Notes under the pieces: generated by a model
Told to the model about the DNA's origin: nothing
Seen by the model: the letters and a program-made list of their open reading frames with translations, nothing else
The model's database searches: none
Program-made: the position numbers and the translations under genes
Virus record (IMG/VR): IMGVR_UViG_3300020411_003416
Location: 1-27,102 of that record
Reading direction: 5' to 3' (one strand)
Origin: a virus
Taxonomy: Duplodnaviria; Caudoviricetes
Length of the DNA stretch: 27,102 nucleotides
Shown here: positions 19,101 through 27,102 of the stretch, piece by piece
Numbering within the stretch: position 1 is the stretch's first letter
Layout: each line of letters starts with the position of its first letter

Positions 19101-21801
19101 GAATCTATTCATTTATAGAACAGAAACAATTTTACCTTATGTTGAAGGAGCACAAGATGGTGTTTATCATCTATACGTTCTGAATGGTAATAATGTTATA
19201 CCAGAAGAATTTGCTAATGGTAAGTATAATCAGAATGTTGTTAATCTTTATCCAGAATTGGATCGAGATAATGTAAATGATAACCCACAACAGGCAAATA
19301 GTTATGCTAAGAGATTCCCTATTGGTGATGTAGTTACTAATGATCTTAAGAAGAGTATTACTAGAGAAACTGCTAATAATTTTATTAATAGTTTTGGTGT
19401 TGCGAATACAGTTAGTGATGTAACTGATAATGGTACTTCTGCTGTTCTAACACTTACAAAAGAACATGATCTTGGTGGTTTGAAGTATGGTGGAACATTA
19501 TCAGGTGGAGGAAGTCATACTGATGGAACTTACTATAATGTAAAATTATTTGATGATGCTTCTGCTCCTGCTTCTGCTGTATGGAAAGGTGCTACTGCTA
19601 AAGTTGTTGTTAGTGGTGGAGCAGTTACCGAATATGAGATAACTGAACCAGGATCAGCATATAAGAGTTCACTATCTCCATTATATTTTGATTCTTCATT
19701 AGTATCTCAAGGTGGTATTGGTGGAGCTCCTAGTGCTAATATTGCTATTACTAATGATAACATTAGTTTGGCAACTGATAGTTATGTTCAAGTAACTGGT
19801 ATTAGTACAGGAACTGACAATTATTTCAGGGTTAATGATGCTACGGATATTAATAAAATCAATATTAATAAGACTGCAAGTGAAACAATTCTGAACGGTC
19901 AGACTGTTGTTAGTGTAGGACCTACTGTTGAAGTTAATACTTCTAGTGGAACCGATACAACTACATTTAATTGTACTGCTGCACACGGATTATTAAAAGG
20001 AAATCGTTTTAGAGTATTAAATGCTTCTGATGCTAATCTTGGAGACTTTATTGTTACTGAAGTTGTGGATGTAGATAGTTTTACTGCTGCAACTCCAGGT
20101 GGATTAACATCTCCTAAGTATATTCTTAAGCATGGATTATCTGCTAATGATGGTAATTCTGGTAAACAGGGTGAAAGTTTGGGGGTAAGAGGAGTTAGTT
20201 TCTATGATAATGAATCTCTAGTTTTGAATGAAACAATTACTTCAGTTACGGATGAAATTAAAGTTACTCTACCTGGTGGAGGAACAACTGTTGCATCTAT
20301 TCAGGCAAGATTCCCATTAGGTTCATTTATTCAGATTGATAATGAAATAATGAGAGTTGTTGATAAAACTATTGGTACTGGAACTAAACTTAAAGTTATT
20401 CGTGGTGCATTAGGTACTATTGTTGATAATCATGTTATTAATTCTCAGATTAAGAAGATTAAACCACTTCCTGTTGAATTAAGAAGACCTTCTATACTTC
20501 GTGCATCTGGTCATACGTTTGAATACCTTGGTTATGGTCCAGGTAACTACTCAACTGGTTTACCTCAAGTTCAACTTAAATCTCTAACTGAGAGAGAAGA
20601 GTTCTTATCACAATCACAAGAAACATCTTGTGGTACTGTTGTTTACACAGGTATGAATGATAAGGGTGACTTCTATATTGGAAACACTAAGATTTCATCT
20701 GACTCTGGTGAACAGGTAACATTTGATATTCCAATTCCAACTGTAACGGGTGAAGATCCAAGTACACTTAGTGTTGTATTTGATGAGGTAATCATTAAAG
20801 ATAGATTACTTGTTGAGGGTGGAAGTTCTAATACAATTCTATCTCAGTTTAATGGACCTGTAACATTCAACGGTAATGTAAGATTCAACAAGGATCTTAA
20901 AGTTGCAACTAACTTAACTGTTGATGGTATAGTTAAATTTAATAATGAAACGGTAGCATCATCTGCTTGTGGTGTAACTCCTACAGGATCATTAGTTGTT
21001 AAAGGTGGAGTTTCTATTGGTGATAAGGTAACTGGTGCTGGTGCAGTATCCTTAAATGTACTAGATGGTATTGTTAGAATTTGTGAAAATGCTGCATCAA
21101 CCAGTTCTACTACAGGTGCTTTAATAATTGGTGGTGGTGTTGGTATTGCTGGCGATCTGAATGTTGGTGCTAAAGCATCTTTCGGTCAAAATGTAACATT
21201 TAGTGGTGGATTGCATTTACCAAGTGGTGTTCAGATAACTTTTGGTGGACCAGATGCTACTGATCCACTAGGAACTATTCAGCATGATGCTCCAGGTGAT
21301 AATTTTAGACTTACCGCAAGGGGTGATACTACTGATGTTTACTTACAAAGTAATTCAAGAGTTATTATTGGTGATAAAGAGAATACTGAGCAAGGTTTCG
21401 TTTACAATAAGGGTGCTAGCTCAGCAGTATATTATGGTGGATTAAAGAAACTTGAAACTCTTAATACTGGTGTTAAGGTTACTGGTGACTTAGATGTTAC
21501 TGGTGATATTACTGCATACTCAACTTCTGATGCAAGATTGAAGAATGATGTTAAACCAATACAAGATTCTCTTGCTAAGGTTAAATCAATTTCAGGTAAT
21601 ACCTTTACTTGGAATGAAGCATCTAAGAAAGAGGGACAGGAAGATACTGGTGTGATCGCACAAGAAATTTCTGCTATCGGATTACCTGGCACAGTAACTA
21701 TCAGAGAAGATGGAACCTATGCTGTTGATTATGAGAAGTTAGTTCCACTTCTACTAGAAGCAATCAAGGAATTATCTAATAAGGTTGATACTTTATCATA
21801 A
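16108..21801 (+). CDS. Large tail fibre/structural protein (1897 aa) with C-terminal intramolecular chaperone (peptidase S74)
   Basis: N-terminal ILYVNPNDLDATD..GNSLTKPFKTLQRA beta-helix-type head, several TxxxHxLxxG beta-barrel inserts, STTGALIIGGGVGI fibre repeats, and S74 signature SDARLK..GVIAQE..VDYEKLVPLLLEAIKEL (from 21526). Confidence 0.9.
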   Translation: MPLNKLENFIKNSEGRILYVNPNDLDATDGIENQGNSLTKPFKTLQRALIESARFSYLRGNDNDLVEKTTILLFPGEHLIDNRPGFGIKDVNGTATAISPSSAESGAQNTLTLTLNSNFDLTQEDNILYKFNSTEGGVIVPRGTSIVGLDLRKTKVRPKYVPNPTDDNVKSAAIFRVTGACYFWQFSIFDGDESTLVYTDPTNFDTTNRSKPVFSHHKLTVFEYADGVNKLDKFGGLTDLDVYYSKLSNAYNRASIRDIDEKFPSNSGGFAKQRPEFEIVGAFSADRIQISNIISGDGATPGQVVTVTTAVPHELTGGTPIKIEGVNEVTYNISTKVNSVLNETQFTYLLSYVPPNLRAGPAGGLSAGSAEVSVEVDTVTGASPYIFNCSLRSVLGMCGMKADGAKATGFRSMVVAQFTGVSLQKDDRAFVKYNKNSRKYDGITYQKQTGELLSSEASNPNPANVYHLDKDAVYRDGWKTAHITLENDAVLQIVSVFAIGYHIHFLMKSGGDASITNSNSNFGQFALAADGFKKESFDKDNKGFITSVIAPKAVVSEESNIELNQLDTSVNQAYKAADTSTNNINSRSKLFLLGQTNENLVPSEIAQGFRIGARVGEKFYIDLANGTKVQATICMSNKEIVGGNASTVTSTVRVTSEKEYEGTHNNTTQGSASIQHEIELNNLRAVGAKHDLNNGESIRVIAESGDLPEGLDPHKIYYAITNEKNSSRQDGISLDDYTIQIASSKTNADRTTPQYIKTIYSPDAGKLKIISRVSDKKPGELGHPMQWDAAESNWFIHVDGTNQSSESTYNSIWDNFANLDPDDEDIPYLQRQNDSRSLDDKLYKFRYVIPKELENARDPNDSFIIQDSSSTNIRATADFTRTSIGSTDYDYNRNLRFISYLDYNSTTKIVTIRADKSHNLNAGEQIILKNITCNVNPNGAAGKGYNGTFLVNSVISDKVFTYKTTDILGNVHNVGTYNNDTHTRNMALPRFERNNNQENLFIYRTETILPYVEGAQDGVYHLYVLNGNNVIPEEFANGKYNQNVVNLYPELDRDNVNDNPQQANSYAKRFPIGDVVTNDLKKSITRETANNFINSFGVANTVSDVTDNGTSAVLTLTKEHDLGGLKYGGTLSGGGSHTDGTYYNVKLFDDASAPASAVWKGATAKVVVSGGAVTEYEITEPGSAYKSSLSPLYFDSSLVSQGGIGGAPSANIAITNDNISLATDSYVQVTGISTGTDNYFRVNDATDINKININKTASETILNGQTVVSVGPTVEVNTSSGTDTTTFNCTAAHGLLKGNRFRVLNASDANLGDFIVTEVVDVDSFTAATPGGLTSPKYILKHGLSANDGNSGKQGESLGVRGVSFYDNESLVLNETITSVTDEIKVTLPGGGTTVASIQARFPLGSFIQIDNEIMRVVDKTIGTGTKLKVIRGALGTIVDNHVINSQIKKIKPLPVELRRPSILRASGHTFEYLGYGPGNYSTGLPQVQLKSLTEREEFLSQSQETSCGTVVYTGMNDKGDFYIGNTKISSDSGEQVTFDIPIPTVTGEDPSTLSVVFDEVIIKDRLLVEGGSSNTILSQFNGPVTFNGNVRFNKDLKVATNLTVDGIVKFNNETVASSACGVTPTGSLVVKGGVSIGDKVTGAGAVSLNVLDGIVRICENAASTSSTTGALIIGGGVGIAGDLNVGAKASFGQNVTFSGGLHLPSGVQITFGGPDATDPLGTIQHDAPGDNFRLTARGDTTDVYLQSNSRVIIGDKENTEQGFVYNKGASSAVYYGGLKKLETLNTGVKVTGDLDVTGDITAYSTSDARLKNDVKPIQDSLAKVKSISGNTFTWNEASKKEGQEDTGVIAQEISAIGLPGTVTIREDGTYAVDYEKLVPLLLEAIKELSNKVDTLS

Positions 21802-21807
21802 TAAATA
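21801..21807 (+). promoter_or_regulatory. T4-type late promoter (ATAAATA)
   Basis: At the gene boundary, 16 nt before the ATG at 21824. Confidence 0.7.
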
Positions 21808-21823
21808 ACTAAAAATAATATTA

Positions 21824-23845
21824 ATGGCTAATATTAAGAAGACATTTAATTTCCGTAATGGTGTTCAGGTTGATGATGATAATCTGATCGTAAACCAAAC
21901 GGGTCTGGTTGGTATCGGAACTACTGTTCCAACTGAGGCTTTGGATGTCCGAGGAAAAGTTAAAGTTCTTGTAGACCCTAATGTTGCTGGATCTGGAGAG
22001 ATTAATGCAACTACAGGTATAATTACATCTTTAACTGTAACCAATTTAACTGTTAGTGGAAATGATTATTCTGGTGGTGTAATTGGTGTTGGTATTAGTG
22101 TTGGAACAGCAGGTATTATAACTGCAACTGAGCCATCTGGTATTGTTACTTATTATGGTGATGGTAAAGAATTATTGAATCTACCCACATCACAGTGGAT
22201 AGATAAGGACGTAGGATTAGGATATACAAGTATATACGCTCAAGGTGGCGTAGGTGTGGGGACAGTAGATCCTCGATTTACCTTCCAAGTTAGTGGAAAT
22301 AATGACTTAACTAACTTTGAAGAAGGTGTAGGTATTAATGATAAGGGTGGTGTTGTAGCAACTGGTGTTATTACTGCTACTACATTTAAGGGACATGTTG
22401 ATGGATCTGTATCTAGTGGATTAGCAACTATTACACAGTTACAGTCTACAAATGCAAATGTTACGGGTGTAGTTACTGCTACTGAATTTAAAGGAGATGT
22501 TACTGGTGATGTAGTTAGTGGTGTATCAACAATCACTACCTTACAATCAACCACGATAAATGCAGGTCTTATAAACGCTACTGGTGCAGGATTTACTGGT
22601 GCTTTATCAGGTGATGTTACTGGAAATGTTACTGGTAATATTAATGGTAATATTAATGCGGTAACAGGTATTTCAACACTTAATATACTTAAGATACTTG
22701 GAACTATTGATGGTGATACTGTTTCTGGTATTCTTACTACTGGAAGATTAACTTCTGCTAGTTCAACTATAGGTGTAGCAACAGCAGCATCATTAAATGT
22801 TCAAGGCAAATTGGGAGTTGGTATCAATAATCCAATAGGTGATATTCAGGTATATAAGTCAGGAATTTCTACTGTTAATATTGTTGGTGAAGAGTATGCT
22901 GTTTTACAGTTAGGTCAAAGAGATTCGATTGGTATTGGAGCAAGCACAGCACAGTTTAAGTTTGGTGAAACCAGTCAAGAACTTGATATTATTAATGGAG
23001 ATCCTGGTAGTATCAATAGTATTATTCATGGTGGTGGATCTGCTGGTATTAATACTGGATCATTTAACTGGATATATGGTGTAAATAACAGTACACTAAT
23101 GTCACTAGACTATACTGGAAAATTGGGTGTTAATAAACCTGATCCAGAATATCCTTTAGATGTAAGTGGTATTGGAACATTCTCAAGTGATGTTTATGTA
23201 AGAAATTCTTTAGATGTTGGTGTTTTACTGACTGTTGGTGGTAATGCAACTGTCGCTGGAACATTAGGAGTTACCAGTAGTGTGACTATTGGTGGAGATT
23301 TAAATGTTACTGGAGTATTTAATTATCCTTCAGATGTTCCTGCTGATAGATTGCCAGAAGAAATTGATGTTAGAATATCTTCTGCTGGAGTATCTACATT
23401 CTTAGGTGGTGTTAATCTTGGAGCAGTTCAAGTTGGTGGATTAAATGGAGTTATCTCTGGTGTATCTACGATTGGAATCTTAACTTCTGCTGAAAATATT
23501 CCATTAGCTATGGGTGTTTATTCACCAACAGCAAATGCATCTTTCAATAGATTGGGTGTTGGTAATACCAATCCTATAAATGCGTTGGATGTTACTGGTA
23601 CTATTCAAGCGACTCAATATCTTGGAGTTGGTAATCAACCAATAGGTGCTGCGGTTGACTTCTCTAATGCTGGTAGGGGACTTACTGTACCATCGTTACA
23701 GAATAGAAACTTTATGCTCCCACCAAAAGTTACCACAACTGAAAGAGGTAACTTAGTAGGATTAGCTGCTGGTGCAATAATATACAATACTACTACAAAC
23801 AAACTTCAAGTTTATAATGGATCTTCGTGGCAGAACCTTCACTAA
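21824..23845 (+). CDS. Tail fibre protein (673 aa)
   Basis: VGIGTTVP..LDV and GVITATTF.G repeats, G(N/D)VT runs, and C-terminal PKVTTTER..GAIIYNTTTNKLQVYNGSSW domain. Confidence 0.8.
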   Translation: MANIKKTFNFRNGVQVDDDNLIVNQTGLVGIGTTVPTEALDVRGKVKVLVDPNVAGSGEINATTGIITSLTVTNLTVSGNDYSGGVIGVGISVGTAGIITATEPSGIVTYYGDGKELLNLPTSQWIDKDVGLGYTSIYAQGGVGVGTVDPRFTFQVSGNNDLTNFEEGVGINDKGGVVATGVITATTFKGHVDGSVSSGLATITQLQSTNANVTGVVTATEFKGDVTGDVVSGVSTITTLQSTTINAGLINATGAGFTGALSGDVTGNVTGNINGNINAVTGISTLNILKILGTIDGDTVSGILTTGRLTSASSTIGVATAASLNVQGKLGVGINNPIGDIQVYKSGISTVNIVGEEYAVLQLGQRDSIGIGASTAQFKFGETSQELDIINGDPGSINSIIHGGGSAGINTGSFNWIYGVNNSTLMSLDYTGKLGVNKPDPEYPLDVSGIGTFSSDVYVRNSLDVGVLLTVGGNATVAGTLGVTSSVTIGGDLNVTGVFNYPSDVPADRLPEEIDVRISSAGVSTFLGGVNLGAVQVGGLNGVISGVSTIGILTSAENIPLAMGVYSPTANASFNRLGVGNTNPINALDVTGTIQATQYLGVGNQPIGAAVDFSNAGRGLTVPSLQNRNFMLPPKVTTTERGNLVGLAAGAIIYNTTTNKLQVYNGSSWQNLH

Positions 23846-23855
23846 GGAATAATTA

Positions 23856-26800
23856 ATGGGAATTAGTGTAACTAAGGCAGGACCATATTTTGGTTCAGGT
23901 GAAATAAAGTTTAGTCAATTAAGATCTAACTTTAAGGAAACTGGTAGTGGACCTGTTTCTGCTTCAGAACTTTTTAGAAATACAAATCCCTATGATAGAG
24001 AACCTATAACACCAGATTCTACTGAGAATGATCAAATAGCATCTGATCCATTTCCAGTGAGTGTGACTTGGTCTACAACTTATGGACCAGCATATGTTTC
24101 TGGACAAAATTATGTGGAAGCGATGCCATATAGTACAGATTATCCTAGAGGTTCTTTTGACTATTATTTTGGTGGTGTTAAAGTAGGGACACTTGATCTT
24201 GAAACTGCATCCAATACTTACATAGAACTTGGTGATATTAGGTATGATTCACATACTCAACAGCCAGCAGAATGGACTGTTATTGATCCTATGAGTCATA
24301 TCTCTGGTCAAAATTATGTAGAAGCTACAACACCTATTGCTGGACAATTTCCTGCAGGAACTTTTGAATATTATTGGGATGGTGTTCTTCAAGGAGTTCT
24401 TAATATTCAAGGTGCTACTGTTGATTATGTTGAGGTCACTAATCAATATGGTAGTTTTAGATTTAGAGGTGGAACATTACAAGCGGATGGAACATATTCA
24501 ATCGAAAGATCCAAATTAACACAAAATTTTTATTCAATATCAAAAATAGAACGCACGATTGGTACTGGTGGTAGTGGTCCTTTTAGATATTCTGGTGTAG
24601 GTAAGAATTTAAAAGCATCACAATTTAGAAATTCTATTAAGAGATATACTGCTACTCAATCTGGTAATGATCAATTCTTAGATATGGGATTATATACTGC
24701 CAGTGGTGGTAAAGGTATTGATTGGGACGGACAGGGTGTGCAAGATGCTGCAGGATCTGTAACTGGAAATTATCAAAGAAATGTACAGAAGATAATTAAT
24801 ATAACTGGTATATGTTATTCTGATGATGAAGGAACTAATGGTGCTGTAGGTGGTGGTGGAAGAGGGCATACTAAAAAGCCTGCTGCTAAGTTGGTTATGC
24901 CTAATCCATTAAAAGCTTTGAATACAAGGCTTCATGTTAGTGGTGGAATATATGGAGCTGGTGGTAAAGGTGGTTATTTTGGTCCTACTCATGCTCCTCA
25001 AGATGAATCTGATCCAGGTAAAGATGGTGGACCAGCATTATCAATATCACATGAAGGTATAGAAAGTATAACTTATATTCATGTTGAAGGTGGTAAGATA
25101 TATGGTGGTGGTGGCGGTGGAGAACAAGGAATACAAGGAGAGTGGCCTGTTGCAGCTGGCATATGTGATTTAGGTGGATATACAAGTTGTTCTGGTGGTA
25201 ATACAGTTTGTACTACTAGTGGTGGATATACTGCTGGATATGATGAAGGATGTCATGGTAGTGGTACTGGTGGAAGTTGTGCTCCAGGAGAAATAAGTGC
25301 TAGTTTACACATAGCAACATTACCTTGTCCTGATGGTAGTGGATATGGAACTATATCTGCTGTTTTCTGTTATAGACAAACTTGTGTTACAACAGAACGT
25401 ACTTGTACTTACACTTCATATGGTAGTTATACCTCAACTTTACCAATTCAAGGTAGAGGTGGTGCTGGTGGTAATGGTGCTGCTGGTGTTCCTGGATCAC
25501 CTAATTATCAAGCTCAAAGTAGTGGAAGTGCTGGAACACAAGATATAGATGCTCAATGTAATTCTGGTGGAACATTAGGAGGTGCTAAGAACTCAAGTCC
25601 AGGTGGTACTGGTGAAGATGGTGGACAACATGGTTCTCCTGGTGGTTCTAATGCTGGTAAGAGTCCTGCTGCTAGTGGATTAGCACAAGGAGAAGGTGGT
25701 GGTAAAGGTGGAGCTGCTGTATGTGGTCAATACTTTAAGACACCATTATTAGGAAATACTGGATCAAATAATGTTAGAGGTACTATTGGAAATCAGTGTG
25801 ATGGAACAAATTCACCACCTATTATCGTTCCTAATGCACCAACTGTTACTATGGGTGATGTTAATTACATTAGGTTTAACTATCCTGATGCGGATGGTAC
25901 ACAGACTCAAACTCTAAATGTAACTGGTACTGTATCTGCTAAGTTTGCTCATATGTGGAATGATAAGAATGATTATGGACGTGGGATGGATGGAATAAAG
26001 ATATACAAACCAGACGGATCAGTTTTATGGAGTAGTGTTTTTAATGTTGATTTCTCAGACCCAGGAAGTGGGATACCAAAAACATATTACTCTCCTCAAC
26101 TTACTATAACTGAAGGGATATATCCTGTTGAATTTATTAACTTACATCCAAGAAATCAAGCTGGAACTGATTCAAATGGAAGACCTTATCTTAAAGCAGA
26201 TCATTTATTAGAAATAGGTCAGAAGATGTTTTTCGTAGATGGTCATGAAGGTGATAGAAACCAAGAGGTTTATATATTACCTAATGGAACTGATACTCTT
26301 TGGCAGAAATCTTATATAACAGGAACTCATGGTTCTGCTAGTGCTGCTAATAATTGGGCAGGAGATACTTCATCCGAGTATGTTGGTATGAACCAGTATT
26401 GGTCAGCATTTATGCGTAGATTAGCATACTGGGAAAATAATAGTGATCCAAAGACTCAAGGCGGTGCTGAACCTGGTTTCTTCCAAGCTTGGTCTTTCAA
26501 CCCACCAATAACTAGGGGTGTTAACGAATATAGACTCAGAGCTCAGTCTGATAATGATTGTATATTTTATATAGATCAGATGTTTAAGATTGGAGAAACA
26601 TCAAAATATGATAGTAGTGGAAGTAGTGAATTAGATATACCTATAAATTATGCTTTTGCAAATGGAACTAACGCATCAGTTAGGGTGCAGTGTTTCAATA
26701 GACAACCATTAAATATAAGTTGGAATACGATTAATGAACCAGGATATGTTGCTAATCAAAATTATGTATTGTTCACAACAGCTACTCAACAGTATCCTAG

Positions 26801-27102
26801 AGGAACTTTTGAATATTATTGGGGTGGTGTTAAAGTAGGAACACTTAATATTGAAGGTGCTAGTGTTACTTACATAGAATCTGAGGATGGAAATTACAGA
26901 TATGATTCTCACACCCAAGTTGGTGGAACAGGTTCAAATTTCTATACAATATCAAGGATAAAGCGTAGTCCTCAAATAAACTGGAAGGAAAACCCTGCTG
27001 GTGTTGCATTTGAGATCTATACTTATGATAATGATGGAAATAAGGTAGTTGCAGTTGATTCTAGTCCTCTTGGTTCTGAAGGTACTGTATGGGGTGCTGC
27101 CC
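23856..27102 (+). CDS. 3'-truncated large adhesin (>1082 aa) with T-even gp38-like glycine-rich core; absent from the ORF track
   Basis: Manually translated: ATG at 23856 (MGISVTKAGPYFGSGEIKFSQLRSNF...) stays open in frame 3 to the window end. LHVSGGIYGAGGKGG...GKDGGPALSI...GGKIYGGGGGG matches the gp38 polyglycine pattern. C-terminal part has YRLRAQSDNDCIFYID...NPAGVAFEI (PA14/lectin-like). Confidence 0.85.
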   Translation, partial: MGISVTKAGPYFGSGEIKFSQLRSNFKETGSGPVSASELFRNTNPYDREPITPDSTENDQIASDPFPVSVTWSTTYGPAYVSGQNYVEAMPYSTDYPRGSFDYYFGGVKVGTLDLETASNTYIELGDIRYDSHTQQPAEWTVIDPMSHISGQNYVEATTPIAGQFPAGTFEYYWDGVLQGVLNIQGATVDYVEVTNQYGSFRFRGGTLQADGTYSIERSKLTQNFYSISKIERTIGTGGSGPFRYSGVGKNLKASQFRNSIKRYTATQSGNDQFLDMGLYTASGGKGIDWDGQGVQDAAGSVTGNYQRNVQKIINITGICYSDDEGTNGAVGGGGRGHTKKPAAKLVMPNPLKALNTRLHVSGGIYGAGGKGGYFGPTHAPQDESDPGKDGGPALSISHEGIESITYIHVEGGKIYGGGGGGEQGIQGEWPVAAGICDLGGYTSCSGGNTVCTTSGGYTAGYDEGCHGSGTGGSCAPGEISASLHIATLPCPDGSGYGTISAVFCYRQTCVTTERTCTYTSYGSYTSTLPIQGRGGAGGNGAAGVPGSPNYQAQSSGSAGTQDIDAQCNSGGTLGGAKNSSPGGTGEDGGQHGSPGGSNAGKSPAASGLAQGEGGGKGGAAVCGQYFKTPLLGNTGSNNVRGTIGNQCDGTNSPPIIVPNAPTVTMGDVNYIRFNYPDADGTQTQTLNVTGTVSAKFAHMWNDKNDYGRGMDGIKIYKPDGSVLWSSVFNVDFSDPGSGIPKTYYSPQLTITEGIYPVEFINLHPRNQAGTDSNGRPYLKADHLLEIGQKMFFVDGHEGDRNQEVYILPNGTDTLWQKSYITGTHGSASAANNWAGDTSSEYVGMNQYWSAFMRRLAYWENNSDPKTQGGAEPGFFQAWSFNPPITRGVNEYRLRAQSDNDCIFYIDQMFKIGETSKYDSSGSSELDIPINYAFANGTNASVRVQCFNRQPLNISWNTINEPGYVANQNYVLFTTATQQYPRGTFEYYWGGVKVGTLNIEGASVTYIESEDGNYRYDSHTQVGGTGSNFYTISRIKRSPQINWKENPAGVAFEIYTYDNDGNKVVAVDSSPLGSEGTVWGAA
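24069..26966 (+). repeat. Three dispersed copies of an ~80-aa domain in the adhesin gene
   Basis: W...(G/N)QNYV...P.G(S/T)F(D/E)YY(F/W).GV..G.L......Y(I/V)E...Y(S/T)I at 24069-24554, 24273-24515 (nested in the first) and 26721-26966. Copies 1 and 3 share DNA blocks such as GGTGGTGTTAAAGTAGG and TACTTACATAGAA. Confidence 0.85.

Noticed and set aside
24069-26966. Possible diversity-generating retroelement TR/VR pair among the adhesin repeats
   Set aside because: Mismatches are not restricted to adenines (e.g. TTT vs TGG), all copies are in-frame coding, and no reverse transcriptase is in the window.
23846-27102. Apparent 3.2-kb non-coding region with only tiny ORFs in the track
   Set aside because: Manual translation shows one open frame from 23856 running off the window end; the short ORFs are shadows.
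1-27102. tRNAs, intrinsic terminators, introns or inteins, stop-codon recoding
   Set aside because: Intergenic gaps are under 40 nt with no convincing GC hairpin plus U-tract or cloverleaf; long ORFs are intact in the standard code and no intein or endonuclease motifs were seen.

Overview
An AT-rich 27.1-kb segment of a T4-like marine cyanomyovirus genome (Kyanoviridae-like; assigned from protein motifs and TAAATA late promoters, not from a database search). All genes are on the + strand and almost all encode virion tail parts. In order: the 3' end of a probable baseplate-hub gene and a gp5-C-like spike; a 1125-aa fibre/beta-helix protein and a 330-aa adaptor; an ~10-kb array of five Gly-Pro-Pro-rich collagen-like fibre genes interleaved with chaperone or tip partners; a prolyl-4-hydroxylase-type 2OG-Fe(II) oxygenase with its own sigma70-like promoter; a 1897-aa fibre with an S74 autocleaving chaperone; a 673-aa fibre; and a >1082-aa gp38-like adhesin that the ORF track missed. 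Main hypotheses: (1) a phage collagen plus prolyl-hydroxylase system making animal-like hydroxyproline collagen; (2) a plug-and-socket motif code that could assemble the five collagens into a branched, multi-tipped adhesion tree; (3) an ~80-aa domain inserted three times in the adhesin, once inside a copy of itself. No RNA genes, CRISPR arrays or mobile elements were seen.
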